Below, in pieces: positions 26,259 to 36,346 of a stretch of 61,591 nt of DNA. Position 1 is the first letter of the stretch; every line of letters begins with the position of its first letter. The position numbers and the translations under genes were made by a program. A model generated the notes under the pieces. It searched no databases and had not been told where the DNA came from. It saw only the letters and a program-made list of their open reading frames with translations. Source of the stretch: Candidatus Omnitrophota bacterium (GTDB taxonomy: Bacteria; Omnitrophota; Gorgyraeia; Gorgyraeales; Gorgyraeaceae); contig JAHILY010000005.1 of NCBI GenBank assembly GCA_018896815.1, forward strand, positions 1 through 61,591, given 5' to 3'.

Positions 26259-26286
26259 GAGGTAATGGAAAAAAAGTTAAATGTAT

Positions 26287-26319
26287 CAAGGTAGGCAAGG
26301 CTTGGCCTTGCCTACCTTG
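26287..26319 (+). terminator. 15-bp perfect stem-loop after the porin gene
   Basis: CAAGGTAGGCAAGGC-TTG-GCCTTGCCTACCTTG. No clear T-tract. Confidence 0.45.
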
Positions 26320-26389
26320 AAGAGAAGGATGAGTTAAAAAATAGACTCGACTTGTAAAATGGTGGTAAATAAGAAAGGGGGCGGGTACA

Positions 26390-27238
26390 TTGACTGAATA
26401 TAAAATTTTTACACATCTTTCATATGACTGGATGATTGTCAGCTATTTTTTTCTTGGTGGTTTAGCTGCTGGCGCGTACTTTTTTTCAGTAGCGGCAAAT
26501 TATTGGATAAAGGAGTTTAAGTCACTGGCAAAGACAGCAGCGATTTTGACTCCTATAGCGCTTGCCATTGGACTGGCATTTCTCCTGCTTGATCTAGGAC
26601 AGCCATTTAGGTCCTGGCGAATTTTCCTGCATTTCAATCCTACCTCGGCTATTTCATATGGCATCTGGTTTTTAAATATTTTCTTCATCCTGAGTTTGGT
26701 CTATGCGTGGTTTACCTCAAGAGGTGAAAACGAGAAGGCAAAAAAGTTTGCCTATCTTGGCTTGCCTTTTGGTTTATTAGTAGCTATATATACAGGCGTA
26801 CTTTTGGCTCAGGCGCCGGGCAAGGCATTGTGGCATTCTGCGCTTTTGCCAGTACTATTTCTTATAGGAGGAGTAATTTCCGGCATTGCATTGGTGATGC
26901 TGGTTTCTTCAGGCGCAGCAGAAAAAGCAGTTTCGGTTAAAGTCGGTAGACTTCTCGTCGGGCTTCTTTTAGTTGAATTAGGACTGATTTTAACGGAACT
27001 TATTATTCTTGCTAATGGAGACGCTGAGGCCATAATGACAGTCAAAGTGATTTTGACAGGCCAGTATAGTTTTTTGTTCTGGATAGTAGAGATCCTCCTT
27101 GGAGCCATAATACCGATATTTATTCTTTTTAAGACTGAGGTATCCTCCAGGGCTCAAGCAGTGGCTGCAATGCTTATTTTAGTGGGGATATTTGCGATGC
27201 GTTTTATTATAGTAGTCGGTGGGCAGATTGTTAGTTAA
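26390..27238 (+). CDS. NrfD/PsrC-family integral membrane (quinol-interacting) subunit
   Basis: 8 predicted TM helices and NrfD-like N-terminus (WMIVSYFFLGGLAAGAYFF). TTG start. Confidence 0.75.
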   Translation: MTEYKIFTHLSYDWMIVSYFFLGGLAAGAYFFSVAANYWIKEFKSLAKTAAILTPIALAIGLAFLLLDLGQPFRSWRIFLHFNPTSAISYGIWFLNIFFILSLVYAWFTSRGENEKAKKFAYLGLPFGLLVAIYTGVLLAQAPGKALWHSALLPVLFLIGGVISGIALVMLVSSGAAEKAVSVKVGRLLVGLLLVELGLILTELIILANGDAEAIMTVKVILTGQYSFLFWIVEILLGAIIPIFILFKTEVSSRAQAVAAMLILVGIFAMRFIIVVGGQIVS

Positions 27239-27256
27239 AAAGTGAGAGGTGAACCA

Positions 27257-28138
27257 ATGGCAAAGGCTCATAATGATAAGAAGACGTTAGTTGTAGAGAA
27301 AGGGATTACCCGCCGGCAGTTTTTTAAGTTGGGGGGAGCTGGCGTAGCAGCTGCGGCTGTTAGTATGATTGCCGGTGAAGTCTCTGCTTCAGAAAGTTCG
27401 TTAAAGGGTAAAAGGCTCGCTATGGTGATCGACCTTCAGGGGTGCACTGGATGTGGTGGATGCATGATATCCTGTAAGAACGAGAACAATGTACAGGAAG
27501 GCGTTGCCTGGTCCTATAAAAAAAGCAGCACTACTGGTACATTTCCTAACGTAAGATATGAATATATTCCTACGTTGTGTAATCATTGTGAGAAGGCGCC
27601 GTGCGTTAGGGCTTGTCCTACAGGGGCTATGCAAAAGATAGATGGCGACATAACCATGCATGATCCAGAGAAATGCATAGGTTGCAAGACTTGTATTGCC
27701 ATGTGCCCGTATGGAGTGATCTCCCGTAACTCAAAAAGGACTCACGGGTTCTGGAGAAAAGACAAGGCCTTGATAAAGGGTTGCACTGAATCGCCTAAAG
27801 AGGTCGTGAAAAAGGTCAAAGGAACAGTCGTTCCTTATTATAATCCGGATAGAGAAAAAAATATTAAGGGATCAGGTTTAAGATATAAAGGTATTGTGGA
27901 GAAGTGCACTTTCTGTGACCACAGGGTAAAAAGAGGAAAATTGCCATACTGTGTCTTGAGGTGCCCGGCGCAGGCGAGGATATTCGGAGACCTGAATGAT
28001 ACTAAGAGTAAGGTGAATGAGATCCTTGGAAAGTACAAGCCGATGAGACTCAAGGAACATCTTGGAACAGAACCCAAAGTGTTTTATGTAAGAGACTATA
28101 ATCCCGGTAATTATAAAAGAAGTTATGGAAGTATCTAG
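27257..28138 (+). CDS. 4x[4Fe-4S] electron-transfer subunit (PsrB/DmsB family) with its own Tat signal
   Basis: TRRQFFKLGGAGVAAAA. CTGCGGCMISC, CNHCEKAPCVRACP, CIGCKTCIAMCP, CTFCDHR...CVLRCP. Confidence 0.8.
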   Translation: MAKAHNDKKTLVVEKGITRRQFFKLGGAGVAAAAVSMIAGEVSASESSLKGKRLAMVIDLQGCTGCGGCMISCKNENNVQEGVAWSYKKSSTTGTFPNVRYEYIPTLCNHCEKAPCVRACPTGAMQKIDGDITMHDPEKCIGCKTCIAMCPYGVISRNSKRTHGFWRKDKALIKGCTESPKEVVKKVKGTVVPYYNPDREKNIKGSGLRYKGIVEKCTFCDHRVKRGKLPYCVLRCPAQARIFGDLNDTKSKVNEILGKYKPMRLKEHLGTEPKVFYVRDYNPGNYKRSYGSI

Positions 28139-28158
28139 GTAAAAAAGGAGGACGAGAG

Positions 28159-30750
28159 ATGGACACGAAGAATAGTAAAATGACCCGTAGAGATTTCGTA
28201 AAAAGCGCTGTGCTTACAGGCGCAGCTGTCGCAGTCGGCTCTAATCTTAAACCGGCATTAAGGGCTTTTGCGGCAACAGCTGAGCCCCCATTTACTGAAT
28301 CCGGGAAATGGAAACCAACTACATGTCAGGGGTGTACTTCCTGGTGTTCTGTGCAGGCGTATGTAGTGGATGGAAGGGCTATAAAGGTAAGAGGCAACCC
28401 GAATTCCAAGGTAAATGGAAAGGCTGGTTGTCCCCGCTCGCATATGTCTCTCCAGCAGGTCTATGACCCTGACAGGATCAAGGTCCCGATGAAGAGGACC
28501 AATCCTAAAAAAGGTAAAAATGAGGATCCTGGATTTGTCCCTATATCATGGGATGAGGCGCTTAATACGATTGCTGACAAGATAATGGAGCTCAGGAACG
28601 CCGACGAGACATATAAATATATGCTTATGAGAGGCAGATATTCATATATGCGGGACATACTCTATGATCGCATGACCAAGATCATAGGTTCTCCCAATAA
28701 TATCTCCCACAGCGCAATCTGCGCCGAGGCAGAAAAATTTGGACCTTATTATACAGAAGGATTATGGGATTATAGGCAATACGATATTAAAAACACCAGA
28801 TATGTAATTTTGTGGGGAGCTGATCCTATTTCAGCCAACAGGCAGGTTTCCTATTATCTGAGTGAATGGGGCGATATGCTTGACAGGGCGCAGGTAGCTG
28901 TCATAGATCCGAGATTGTCTGCTACTGCTACTAAGGCGGATGAATGGTTGCCTATTAAGCCTGGTCAAGACGGGGCATTGGCTTCTGCAATGGCTCATGT
29001 AATTCTGACTGAGGGCCTGTGGTACAAGGACTTTGTCGGAGATTTTGATGTAAACTCTCCTGTAAAAAAGTTTGAGAAGGACAAGACAATACCAGAAGAA
29101 TTTGCTTCTACCCAGTCTGACGGCAGCACGTTAAATTCACAAACTTTCAAGGAAAAATACACGCATGGCCTTATTAAGTGGTGGAATATAGAGCTTTATG
29201 ATAAAACACCGGAGTGGGCAGAAAAGAGGACTGGCATAACGGCTGATCAAATAAGAAGAGTAGCGATAGGATACGGAAAAGCAGCGCCGCATGCTATTTG
29301 CTGGGTCGGTGGCGGTCCGGTTATGCAGGTCAGAGGCGGGTATACTAGCATGGCTGCGCATGCCTTAAATGGACTTGTTGGTTCAGTGGATAATGTAGGC
29401 GGGACACTCCAGGCCAATAAAGAGTATACGAAAGCATTTCCAAAACCAGATGACTTCATGGATGATATAGCAAAGGAAGGCAAAAAGCATAAGAAGATAG
29501 ACCATAGAGGGAGAAAGGAATTCCCGAGCCTTAAGAAAGGAAAACCAGGTTCAGCGGTTGTTACCAACAGGGCAGCGGATGGGATATTGAACGAAGACCC
29601 TAGTGAAATAAAGGTTGCGATAGGCTACATGAATAACTTTGCATTTTCATGTCCTGGCTCAGAAAGATGGGAAAAGGCCTTGAGTAAGATCCCTTTTCTC
29701 GTCCATATTACCACGCATGCAGCAGAATTTACGTGGTTTTCTGATATAGCGCTGCCTTCCACTCATCATATGTTCGAGAAATGGGGATGGGTGAAGTCAC
29801 ACGGTAATGGATATCGCCACGTTACTCTGCTACAGCCAGTGAATGATAGAGTGTGGGATGTGAAGACAGACGAAACCGAGATACCATGGCTTATAGCTGA
29901 AAAGCTTGCGCAAAGAGGATTTGATAACTTATTGCGCCACTACAAGGAATACAAGGATCCGGAAACTGGTAAGGCGCCTACCAATGAAAAAGAGTTTGCC
30001 CTTTACGCGCTTAAATATGCCACTGAGAAACTCTGGGATCCTTCTAAATATGAAGGCGGAGATAAGTTAAGCGGCTGGCAGGAACTTGTAGAAAAGGGCG
30101 TTTGGAATTCAGACCCTTACCCCTATAAAAAGAGATGGGGAAAGATGAAGACCAAGACCGAGAAGTTCGAGTTTTATAGCGAGACACTAAAAGAGGCCCT
30201 GACCGCGCACGCAGAAAAACATAATACCAGCACAGATGATATACTTTCTACTTGTAACTACCAGGCCAGGGGTGAGAAGGCATTTGTTCCACACTACGAG
30301 GAGCCGGTTACGTGGGGCAGCAAAAAAGAATATCCGTTTGTTCTGGTTGATTACAAGTCCAGGCTTAACAGGGAAGGCAGGTCTGCTAATTGTTCGTGGT
30401 ATCAGGAATTTAAGGATATTGACCCTGGGGATGAGGCATGGAATGACGTGGCCAAGATAAATCCTGTGGATGCAAAGGCATTAGGGATAAGGGATGGCGC
30501 CAGGATCAAGTTGACATCCAAGATAGGAGAGATCGAGTGCACCGCGAAGTTATGGGAAGGTGCGCGCCCCGGAACCATTGCAAAGTGTTATGGACAGGGG
30601 CACTGGGCTTATGGTAAGCTGGCAGCTAAGAGGTTTGGTAAAGTGCCCAGAGGAGGAAACAATAATCAAATAATCCCTGCTGATTACGATCGCCTGAGCG
30701 GTTCCACAGCGTTTTATGGATTGGCAAGGATTAAGGTCAGTAGGGCATAG
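28159..30750 (+). CDS. Molybdopterin (bis-MGD) oxidoreductase catalytic subunit, Psr/Phs/Ttr/Arr clade; substrate unknown
   Basis: Tat signal TRRDFVKSAVLTGAA. C-x2-C-x3-C-x27-C (CQGCTSWC...GCPR). HSAICAEA region. C-terminal MGD-binding barrel. Confidence 0.8.
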   Translation: MDTKNSKMTRRDFVKSAVLTGAAVAVGSNLKPALRAFAATAEPPFTESGKWKPTTCQGCTSWCSVQAYVVDGRAIKVRGNPNSKVNGKAGCPRSHMSLQQVYDPDRIKVPMKRTNPKKGKNEDPGFVPISWDEALNTIADKIMELRNADETYKYMLMRGRYSYMRDILYDRMTKIIGSPNNISHSAICAEAEKFGPYYTEGLWDYRQYDIKNTRYVILWGADPISANRQVSYYLSEWGDMLDRAQVAVIDPRLSATATKADEWLPIKPGQDGALASAMAHVILTEGLWYKDFVGDFDVNSPVKKFEKDKTIPEEFASTQSDGSTLNSQTFKEKYTHGLIKWWNIELYDKTPEWAEKRTGITADQIRRVAIGYGKAAPHAICWVGGGPVMQVRGGYTSMAAHALNGLVGSVDNVGGTLQANKEYTKAFPKPDDFMDDIAKEGKKHKKIDHRGRKEFPSLKKGKPGSAVVTNRAADGILNEDPSEIKVAIGYMNNFAFSCPGSERWEKALSKIPFLVHITTHAAEFTWFSDIALPSTHHMFEKWGWVKSHGNGYRHVTLLQPVNDRVWDVKTDETEIPWLIAEKLAQRGFDNLLRHYKEYKDPETGKAPTNEKEFALYALKYATEKLWDPSKYEGGDKLSGWQELVEKGVWNSDPYPYKKRWGKMKTKTEKFEFYSETLKEALTAHAEKHNTSTDDILSTCNYQARGEKAFVPHYEEPVTWGSKKEYPFVLVDYKSRLNREGRSANCSWYQEFKDIDPGDEAWNDVAKINPVDAKALGIRDGARIKLTSKIGEIECTAKLWEGARPGTIAKCYGQGHWAYGKLAAKRFGKVPRGGNNNQIIPADYDRLSGSTAFYGLARIKVSRA

Positions 30751-30763
30751 AGACGGGAGCTAG

Positions 30764-31360
30764 TTGAAAACAGAAGAAACTTTACTACATGAAAATGCTC
30801 GCGCTGAGCAGTACAAGTTTCTATCGGAATGTTATCATGCACCTGATGAGAAACTGATAGAGATGCTGTGCTCAAGGAAGGATTCTGTTCAGGACTTGCT
30901 TAAAAACATTCCGACTATTGATGATCTCGAGCAATTAAAAATTGAATACTCAAGGCTTTTTCTTGGGCCATTTAAAGTCCTTGTGCCACCCTATGGTTCT
31001 GTGTATCTTGAACATGAGAGAAGGGTCATGGGTGAATCAACCATAGATGTGAAGAGGTGGTATGAGAAGGAAAAGCTCGATATATTGATTAGAGAGGTCC
31101 CGGATCACATAGCCATAGAATTGGAGTTTATGTATCTCCTTGTTTTTAAGCAAATAGAGGCAACCAAAGACTCTGATTCTGTCGGTGCCTGGAATTATCA
31201 GAAAAAACAGGCTTCTTTTTTGAATACCCATCTGGGAAAGTGGGCCCCTGAATTTTCTGAAAAGTTGGAGGCAAGCGCCAGAAACGGGTTTTACAAAAAT
31301 TTAGCCCGGTACACGAGATTATTTGTCGAAGAAGACGCAAAAGGCCTATCGACCTTATAG
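30764..31360 (+). CDS. TorD/DmsD-family redox-enzyme maturation chaperone
   Basis: About 200 aa all-helical protein with YSRLFLGP and PDHIAIELEFM motifs typical of the family. Confidence 0.6.
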   Translation: MKTEETLLHENARAEQYKFLSECYHAPDEKLIEMLCSRKDSVQDLLKNIPTIDDLEQLKIEYSRLFLGPFKVLVPPYGSVYLEHERRVMGESTIDVKRWYEKEKLDILIREVPDHIAIELEFMYLLVFKQIEATKDSDSVGAWNYQKKQASFLNTHLGKWAPEFSEKLEASARNGFYKNLARYTRLFVEEDAKGLSTL

Positions 31361-31387
31361 TGCTGATTGAAGAAGGGGGTGGATCGA

Positions 31388-31786
31388 ATGAGCAATAAGT
31401 CAAAGATCCTGATTATCGACGACGATCCGGATATTTCAGAGGCGATGAAGGTAGTTCTGGAGAGTAAGCAATATCAGGTCGCTACTGCCAAGACCGGGGA
31501 ACAGGGCCTGAAAAAAGTAAAACAGGAAAAGCCGGATCTTGTCATACTGGACGTCATGATGGAAACACAGGGCAAGGGTTTTGACGTCGCAAGGGCTATT
31601 AAAGGAGACGAAGATACCAAAGACACTCCTATCCTTATGCTCACAGCTGTCAAAGAAAAGACAGGATTGGATTTCAAGAAAGAGGCAGGCGATGATGCCT
31701 GGCTTCCAGTTGACGCTTATCTTGACAAACCGCTCAAACCCGAAGAATTGATTTCAAAGGTCGGACTGCTTTTAGGAAAGAGTTAG
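31388..31786 (+). CDS. Single-domain response regulator (receiver only)
   Basis: KILIIDDDPD...DLVILDVMM...PILMLTA...KP. Confidence 0.75.
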   Translation: MSNKSKILIIDDDPDISEAMKVVLESKQYQVATAKTGEQGLKKVKQEKPDLVILDVMMETQGKGFDVARAIKGDEDTKDTPILMLTAVKEKTGLDFKKEAGDDAWLPVDAYLDKPLKPEELISKVGLLLGKS

Positions 31787-31799
31787 AATATAAGATGTT

Positions 31800-33113
31800 A
31801 TGGAGAGCTTGAATTCGCGTGAGGGTCTCTTTGAAAGGATCCATTGGCTCATTAAGCTGCGATGGATAGCTGTTACAGGGGTCTTTCTGTCTGTATTCAT
31901 AGCAGTTAATGTACTCAAGATTCCTGTTCCAGATATACCTTTATATGCTATAGCGCTTATACTCGGGATATATAATCTCACATCCCTTGTCTATGTAAAC
32001 AGGTCAAGGGCGAATTTTCCCGCACTAGCCAACAGGATCGCCAATACGCAGATAGCCATTGATCTTTTTATCCTTGCCAGCCTCGTGCATTTTTCCGGAG
32101 GCATAGAGAATCCTTTTATATTTTATTTTATCTTTCATATGATCATCGCGAGCATACTTCTTTCGCGGCGCGCATCTTTCCTACAGGCCACGTTCGCGGT
32201 CATATTGTTTTCCATGATGGTGGCCTTAGAGTATCTTGGGATCTTGCCACATTATTGTTTAGTTGGGTTTGTTTCCTCTGATCTCCACAACAATGCTATT
32301 CACATTAGCGGCATAGCCTTTGTTTTTGTTTCTACCTTGTATATAGCAGTGTATATGGCCACGTCTATTTCAAGGAGATTAAGAGAACGCGAGGCAAGTT
32401 TAAAAGAGGCAAACGCACTTTTAAAGCAGAAGGACAGAATAAAAAGCGAGTATGTCTTAAGAGTTACACATGATATAAAGGAACACCTGGCAGCGATCCA
32501 GAGCTGTATCGAGCCGGTAACAGGCGGCATAGTGGGTTCACTCAATGAAAAACAAATGAACCTGCTCCAGAGGGCTGATGAACGCGCGGGAAAACTCATG
32601 TTTTTTGTAAAGGCACTATTAGAGGTCACGAGCATAAAATTGAGTAAAGAGATCCGCATGGGACATTTTGATTTTAGCGACATGCTGAAAGACGCCATCC
32701 ATACTATTGCGCGCAAGGCAGGAAACAAAAACATATTCCTCAGCTCCACTGTGGAACCTGGCATACAGAAGATACGTGGGGCCAGGGAATATATACAGGA
32801 ACTTATCTCAAACCTTTTGGCAAATTCCGTGAAATACACGCCCCGCAATGGAAAGGTAGATATCGATGTTATTGATAAAGGCAATTCTATTCTTATACAG
32901 ATTAAGGACACCGGCATAGGAATACCTGGGGAGGAGCTATCAAAGGTATTTGACGAGTTTTACAGGGCATCCAATGCCAGGGAAATCGAAAAAGACGGCA
33001 CAGGTCTGGGGCTTTCAATAGCAAAGCAGGTGGTGGCTAGGCACAATGGAAAGATCTGGGTAGAGTCAGTCCAGGGCAAAGGCACCACGTTCTTTATAAT
33101 GTTACCTAAATAG
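31800..33113 (+). CDS. Membrane sensor histidine kinase (polytopic N-terminus, HisKA, HATPase)
   Basis: 5-6 TM helices. [13 protein letters not shown]-box, NSVKYTP N-box, [15 protein letters not shown]. Confidence 0.8.
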   Translation: MESLNSREGLFERIHWLIKLRWIAVTGVFLSVFIAVNVLKIPVPDIPLYAIALILGIYNLTSLVYVNRSRANFPALANRIANTQIAIDLFILASLVHFSGGIENPFIFYFIFHMIIASILLSRRASFLQATFAVILFSMMVALEYLGILPHYCLVGFVSSDLHNNAIHISGIAFVFVSTLYIAVYMATSISRRLREREASLKEANALLKQKDRIKSEYVLRVTHDIKEHLAAIQSCIEPVTGGIVGSLNEKQMNLLQRADERAGKLMFFVKALLEVTSIKLSKEIRMGHFDFSDMLKDAIHTIARKAGNKNIFLSSTVEPGIQKIRGAREYIQELISNLLANSVKYTPRNGKVDIDVIDKGNSILIQIKDTGIGIPGEELSKVFDEFYRASNAREIEKDGTGLGLSIAKQVVARHNGKIWVESVQGKGTTFFIMLPK

Positions 33114-33129
33114 AAACAAGGAGGGTGAG

Positions 33130-33306
33130 ATGTTTAAGTTTGGAATGGGTGAGCTTGTTGTAATTTTATTGATCGTGCTTCTTTTATTTGGCGCGTCAAG
33201 GCTGCCTGAGATAGCACGTTCATTGGCTAAATCAGTCAAGGAATTCAAAAAGGCGGGGAAAGAGCTAAAGGGCGACATAGAAGACGTTACAAAAGACGAA
33301 ACATGA
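33130..33306 (+). CDS. tatA: Twin-arginine translocase TatA/E
   Basis: 58 aa, below the ORF-track cutoff: [42 protein letters not shown]... RBS GGAGGGTGAG. Confidence 0.75.
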   Translation: MFKFGMGELVVILLIVLLLFGASRLPEIARSLAKSVKEFKKAGKELKGDIEDVTKDET

Positions 33307-33307
33307 T

Positions 33308-34003
33308 ATGGATGAACGGCTCACACTAGTAGAACATCTGGACGAGGTCAGGACAAGACTCCTGAAGTCAGTCGTGTTCGTGATCATTATATCGTGTGTG
33401 CTTTATAGCATCATAGACGTGCTTATCCCTATGCTTGCCAGGCCTGTTAAGCGGCTCATATTCATAGCGCCGCAAGAGGCATTCGTAGTAAATATTAAAA
33501 TAGCTTTTATGGGAGGACTTTTTTTTTCTTCGCCGTATCTTCTATACCATATCTGGGAATTTGTCTCAGTGGGCCTGGAGAAAAAGGAAAGGAGATACGT
33601 CCTCATATTCGGACTATTGTCTTTTGTGCTTTTTATATCGGGGTGTGGCTTCGGGTATTTCGTAATCTTACCTATTGCCATAAAGTTTCTCCTGGGGTTT
33701 GCGACGGATGTCATAAGCCCCATGATAACAGTGAGCAACTACGTCTCTTTTGTCGGGACTATAATCTTTGCCTTTAGTCTCGTGTTCCAGCTGCCTCTAA
33801 TAATGCTTTTTCTCACAAAGATCAATATAGTTACGCCTGTGTTTCTGTCAAAGAAAAGAAGACATGCAATAGTCGCCATGTTTGTAGTGGCAGCGATTCT
33901 AACGCCGCCAGACGTAATCACCCAGCTTTTAATGGCAGGACCGCTACTGATTTTATACGAAATCGGTATTATGTTTTCCAAATGGGCATATAGGCCAGCA
34001 TGA
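33308..34003 (+). CDS. tatC: Twin-arginine translocase TatC (copy 1)
   Basis: LVEHLDEVRTRL..., six TM helices, TPPDVITQ motif. Confidence 0.85.
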   Translation: MDERLTLVEHLDEVRTRLLKSVVFVIIISCVLYSIIDVLIPMLARPVKRLIFIAPQEAFVVNIKIAFMGGLFFSSPYLLYHIWEFVSVGLEKKERRYVLIFGLLSFVLFISGCGFGYFVILPIAIKFLLGFATDVISPMITVSNYVSFVGTIIFAFSLVFQLPLIMLFLTKINIVTPVFLSKKRRHAIVAMFVVAAILTPPDVITQLLMAGPLLILYEIGIMFSKWAYRPA

Positions 34004-35235
34004 TAAAAGTCAAAGATGCACTGAAGATAATATTGAGTAGTATAAAACCGCTAGGAAACGAGAAGGTCAGGCTCCTGGATGGCCTGGATAGGGTGTTGGC
34101 TGATGATATTCATGCAAACTGCAATTTGCCGCCATTTGATAATTCTGCAATGGACGGGTATGCAGTTAGGGCAAAGGATACTAAAGGCGCCTCTGGAATC
34201 CGTCCAAAGATCTTAAAGGTAATAGAGGATGTAGCCGCAGGTTATACAGCAAAAAACAAGGTTTGTGATAATCAGGCCATAAGAATAATGACAGGCGCGC
34301 CAGTTCCAAATGGGGCTGACAGCGTGATTATGGTGGAGTTTACAAAAAAAGATAAAAATCTAGTCGAGATATTTAAGCAGACTAAAAAAGGGGAGAATAT
34401 TCGTAGAGCTGGTGAGGATGTAAAGAAAAAGCAAAAGGTTTTATCCAAAGGCACTATCTTGAGGCCGCAGGAAATAGGCATGCTCGCTTCACTCGGCATA
34501 GCCAGGATAAATGTGGCAAAAAGGCCAAGGGTTGGGATACTGGCTACAGGAGATGAGCTGGTGGGGGTGGAAGAGAGATTAACAAAAGGTAAGATCAGGA
34601 ATAGTAATACCTATATAGTCCATGGCCAGATACTAAAGTGTGGGGCCACACCAGTTGATTTAGGCATTGCAAGGGACTACAGGACAAAGGTAAGGAAAAA
34701 AATCGAGGCAGGTTTCGCCAAACGTCTGGATATGCTCCTGGTCATAGGAGGGATTTCTGTTGGCGATTATGATTTAGTAAAGGATGTCTTATTGGACATG
34801 GGAATGAAGATGAAATTTTGGAAGGTTTGCCAGAGGCCGGGAAAACCCCTGGCATTTGGGATTATAAGAGGTATCCCTGTGTTTGGCCTGCCAGGTAATC
34901 CCGTATCCTCCACAATAAGCTTTGAGGAATTTGTCAGGCCCTCGCTACTAAAGATGCAGGGTTCAAAGAATCTGTTCAGGCCAGGCGTTTGGGCGATCCT
35001 GACTCAGGATTTTCAGAAGAAAAAAGACCTCAGGTATTTTATCCGTGCGAGGCTTAAAAATATAGATGGAAAGTTTTACGCCTCGATTACCGGGCCGCAG
35101 GGTTCAGGTATTATAAATTCGCTTGTTTTAGCTGACGGCATAATAGTGGCACCTGAAGAAAAGACGTTTCTTAAAAAAGGACATAAGGTATATGTCCAGC
35201 TTTTAAGGCATGGATTTGACGGAGGCGCGATTTGA
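34000..35235 (+). CDS. moeA: Molybdopterin molybdenumtransferase MoeA
   Basis: PPFDNSAMDGYAV, IMTGAPVP, GGISVGDYD, GLPGNPVS. Confidence 0.85.
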   Translation: MIKVKDALKIILSSIKPLGNEKVRLLDGLDRVLADDIHANCNLPPFDNSAMDGYAVRAKDTKGASGIRPKILKVIEDVAAGYTAKNKVCDNQAIRIMTGAPVPNGADSVIMVEFTKKDKNLVEIFKQTKKGENIRRAGEDVKKKQKVLSKGTILRPQEIGMLASLGIARINVAKRPRVGILATGDELVGVEERLTKGKIRNSNTYIVHGQILKCGATPVDLGIARDYRTKVRKKIEAGFAKRLDMLLVIGGISVGDYDLVKDVLLDMGMKMKFWKVCQRPGKPLAFGIIRGIPVFGLPGNPVSSTISFEEFVRPSLLKMQGSKNLFRPGVWAILTQDFQKKKDLRYFIRARLKNIDGKFYASITGPQGSGIINSLVLADGIIVAPEEKTFLKKGHKVYVQLLRHGFDGGAI

Positions 35236-35810
35236 ATCCGGCTACTGGAATAATATTGGCAGGCGGCAAAAGCACTCGCATGAAAACTGACAAGGCGTTT
35301 TTAAAACTCGGCCCAAAGACAATGATCGAAGAACTTGTTTCAAAGTTGGAGAAAAAATTTTCAAAACTCATGATTATCGCCAATGATAAAGAAAGATACT
35401 CGAGGTTTGACATGCAGGTCATAGAGGATATTATACCTGATAAAGGGCCGTTAGGCGGCATATACACTGGTCTCGTTAAATCAGATAGCTTTTATAATTT
35501 CATCTTTAGCTGCGACGCGCCTTTTGTAAATCCTGATTTAATAGATTATATGATCAGTAAAGCAAAAGACTTTGATATAGTAGTGCCTAAATGGCAAGAT
35601 CGATTCGAACCACTTCATGCTATTTATTCGAAGGACTGCATAGAAGCAATTGAGAGCCAGCTAGGAAAGAATGAATTGAAAGTAACGAATTGCCTCCAAT
35701 ATGTTAAAGTCAGGGTGATAAACGAGAAAGAGATCTCTCGATTTGTCTCCAGCCAGCCTTTCTTCGCTAATATAAATACACCTCAGGATCTTTATATGTT
35801 GTCACAGTAG
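35232..35810 (+). CDS. mobA: Molybdenum cofactor guanylyltransferase MobA
   Basis: GIILAGGKSTRM...DK, GPLGGIYTGL, SCDAPF. Confidence 0.8.
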   Translation: MNPATGIILAGGKSTRMKTDKAFLKLGPKTMIEELVSKLEKKFSKLMIIANDKERYSRFDMQVIEDIIPDKGPLGGIYTGLVKSDSFYNFIFSCDAPFVNPDLIDYMISKAKDFDIVVPKWQDRFEPLHAIYSKDCIEAIESQLGKNELKVTNCLQYVKVRVINEKEISRFVSSQPFFANINTPQDLYMLSQ

Positions 35811-35891
35811 CTTAGCCTTGAATAGAGTTTAGTCAATGACAAAATGCCAAAGTTATTGTAAACTAATACTAATGGCAAAGCAGGAGTTATT

Positions 35892-36335
35892 ATGGGGAAT
35901 TTTTTAAGCGCTATTTTATCATCCTATGAGGGAAAAGAGGATGAATTAATACCTATTTTACAGCAGGTTCAGGAGAAACTTGGTTATCTCCCTGAAGAGG
36001 CCATGCTTGAGATAGCCAAATTTACTGGTGTATCGGAAAGTAAGATATATGGCGTGGCGTCGTTTTATGCGCAGTTTCGCTTTACACCGGTAGGCAAGAA
36101 CAAAGTCACGGTATGTCGTGGGACTGCCTGCTATGTTCGTGGTGCGCCACGGATCCTGGAAGAAGTAGAAAGACGTTTAGGTATCCGGGATGGAGAGACT
36201 ACAAAAGACCTGGAATACACCATCGATACTGTGGCGTGTATTGGTTGCTGCGCACTATCTCCTTGCATGATGATCAATAAAGAGGTACATATCAAGTTAA
36301 CCCCACCGAAGATAGACAAGATCTTCTCCAAATAA
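35892..36335 (+). CDS. NuoE/HoxE-like 2Fe-2S subunit
   Basis: CRGTACYVRG ... CIGCCALSPC thioredoxin-like [2Fe-2S] motif. Confidence 0.8.
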   Translation: MGNFLSAILSSYEGKEDELIPILQQVQEKLGYLPEEAMLEIAKFTGVSESKIYGVASFYAQFRFTPVGKNKVTVCRGTACYVRGAPRILEEVERRLGIRDGETTKDLEYTIDTVACIGCCALSPCMMINKEVHIKLTPPKIDKIFSK

Positions 36336-36346
36336 GGTAATAGCTT

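Noticed and set aside
32300-32917. 205-aa minus-strand ORF
   Set aside because: It is antisense to the histidine-kinase catalytic region (H, N and G boxes intact on the + strand).
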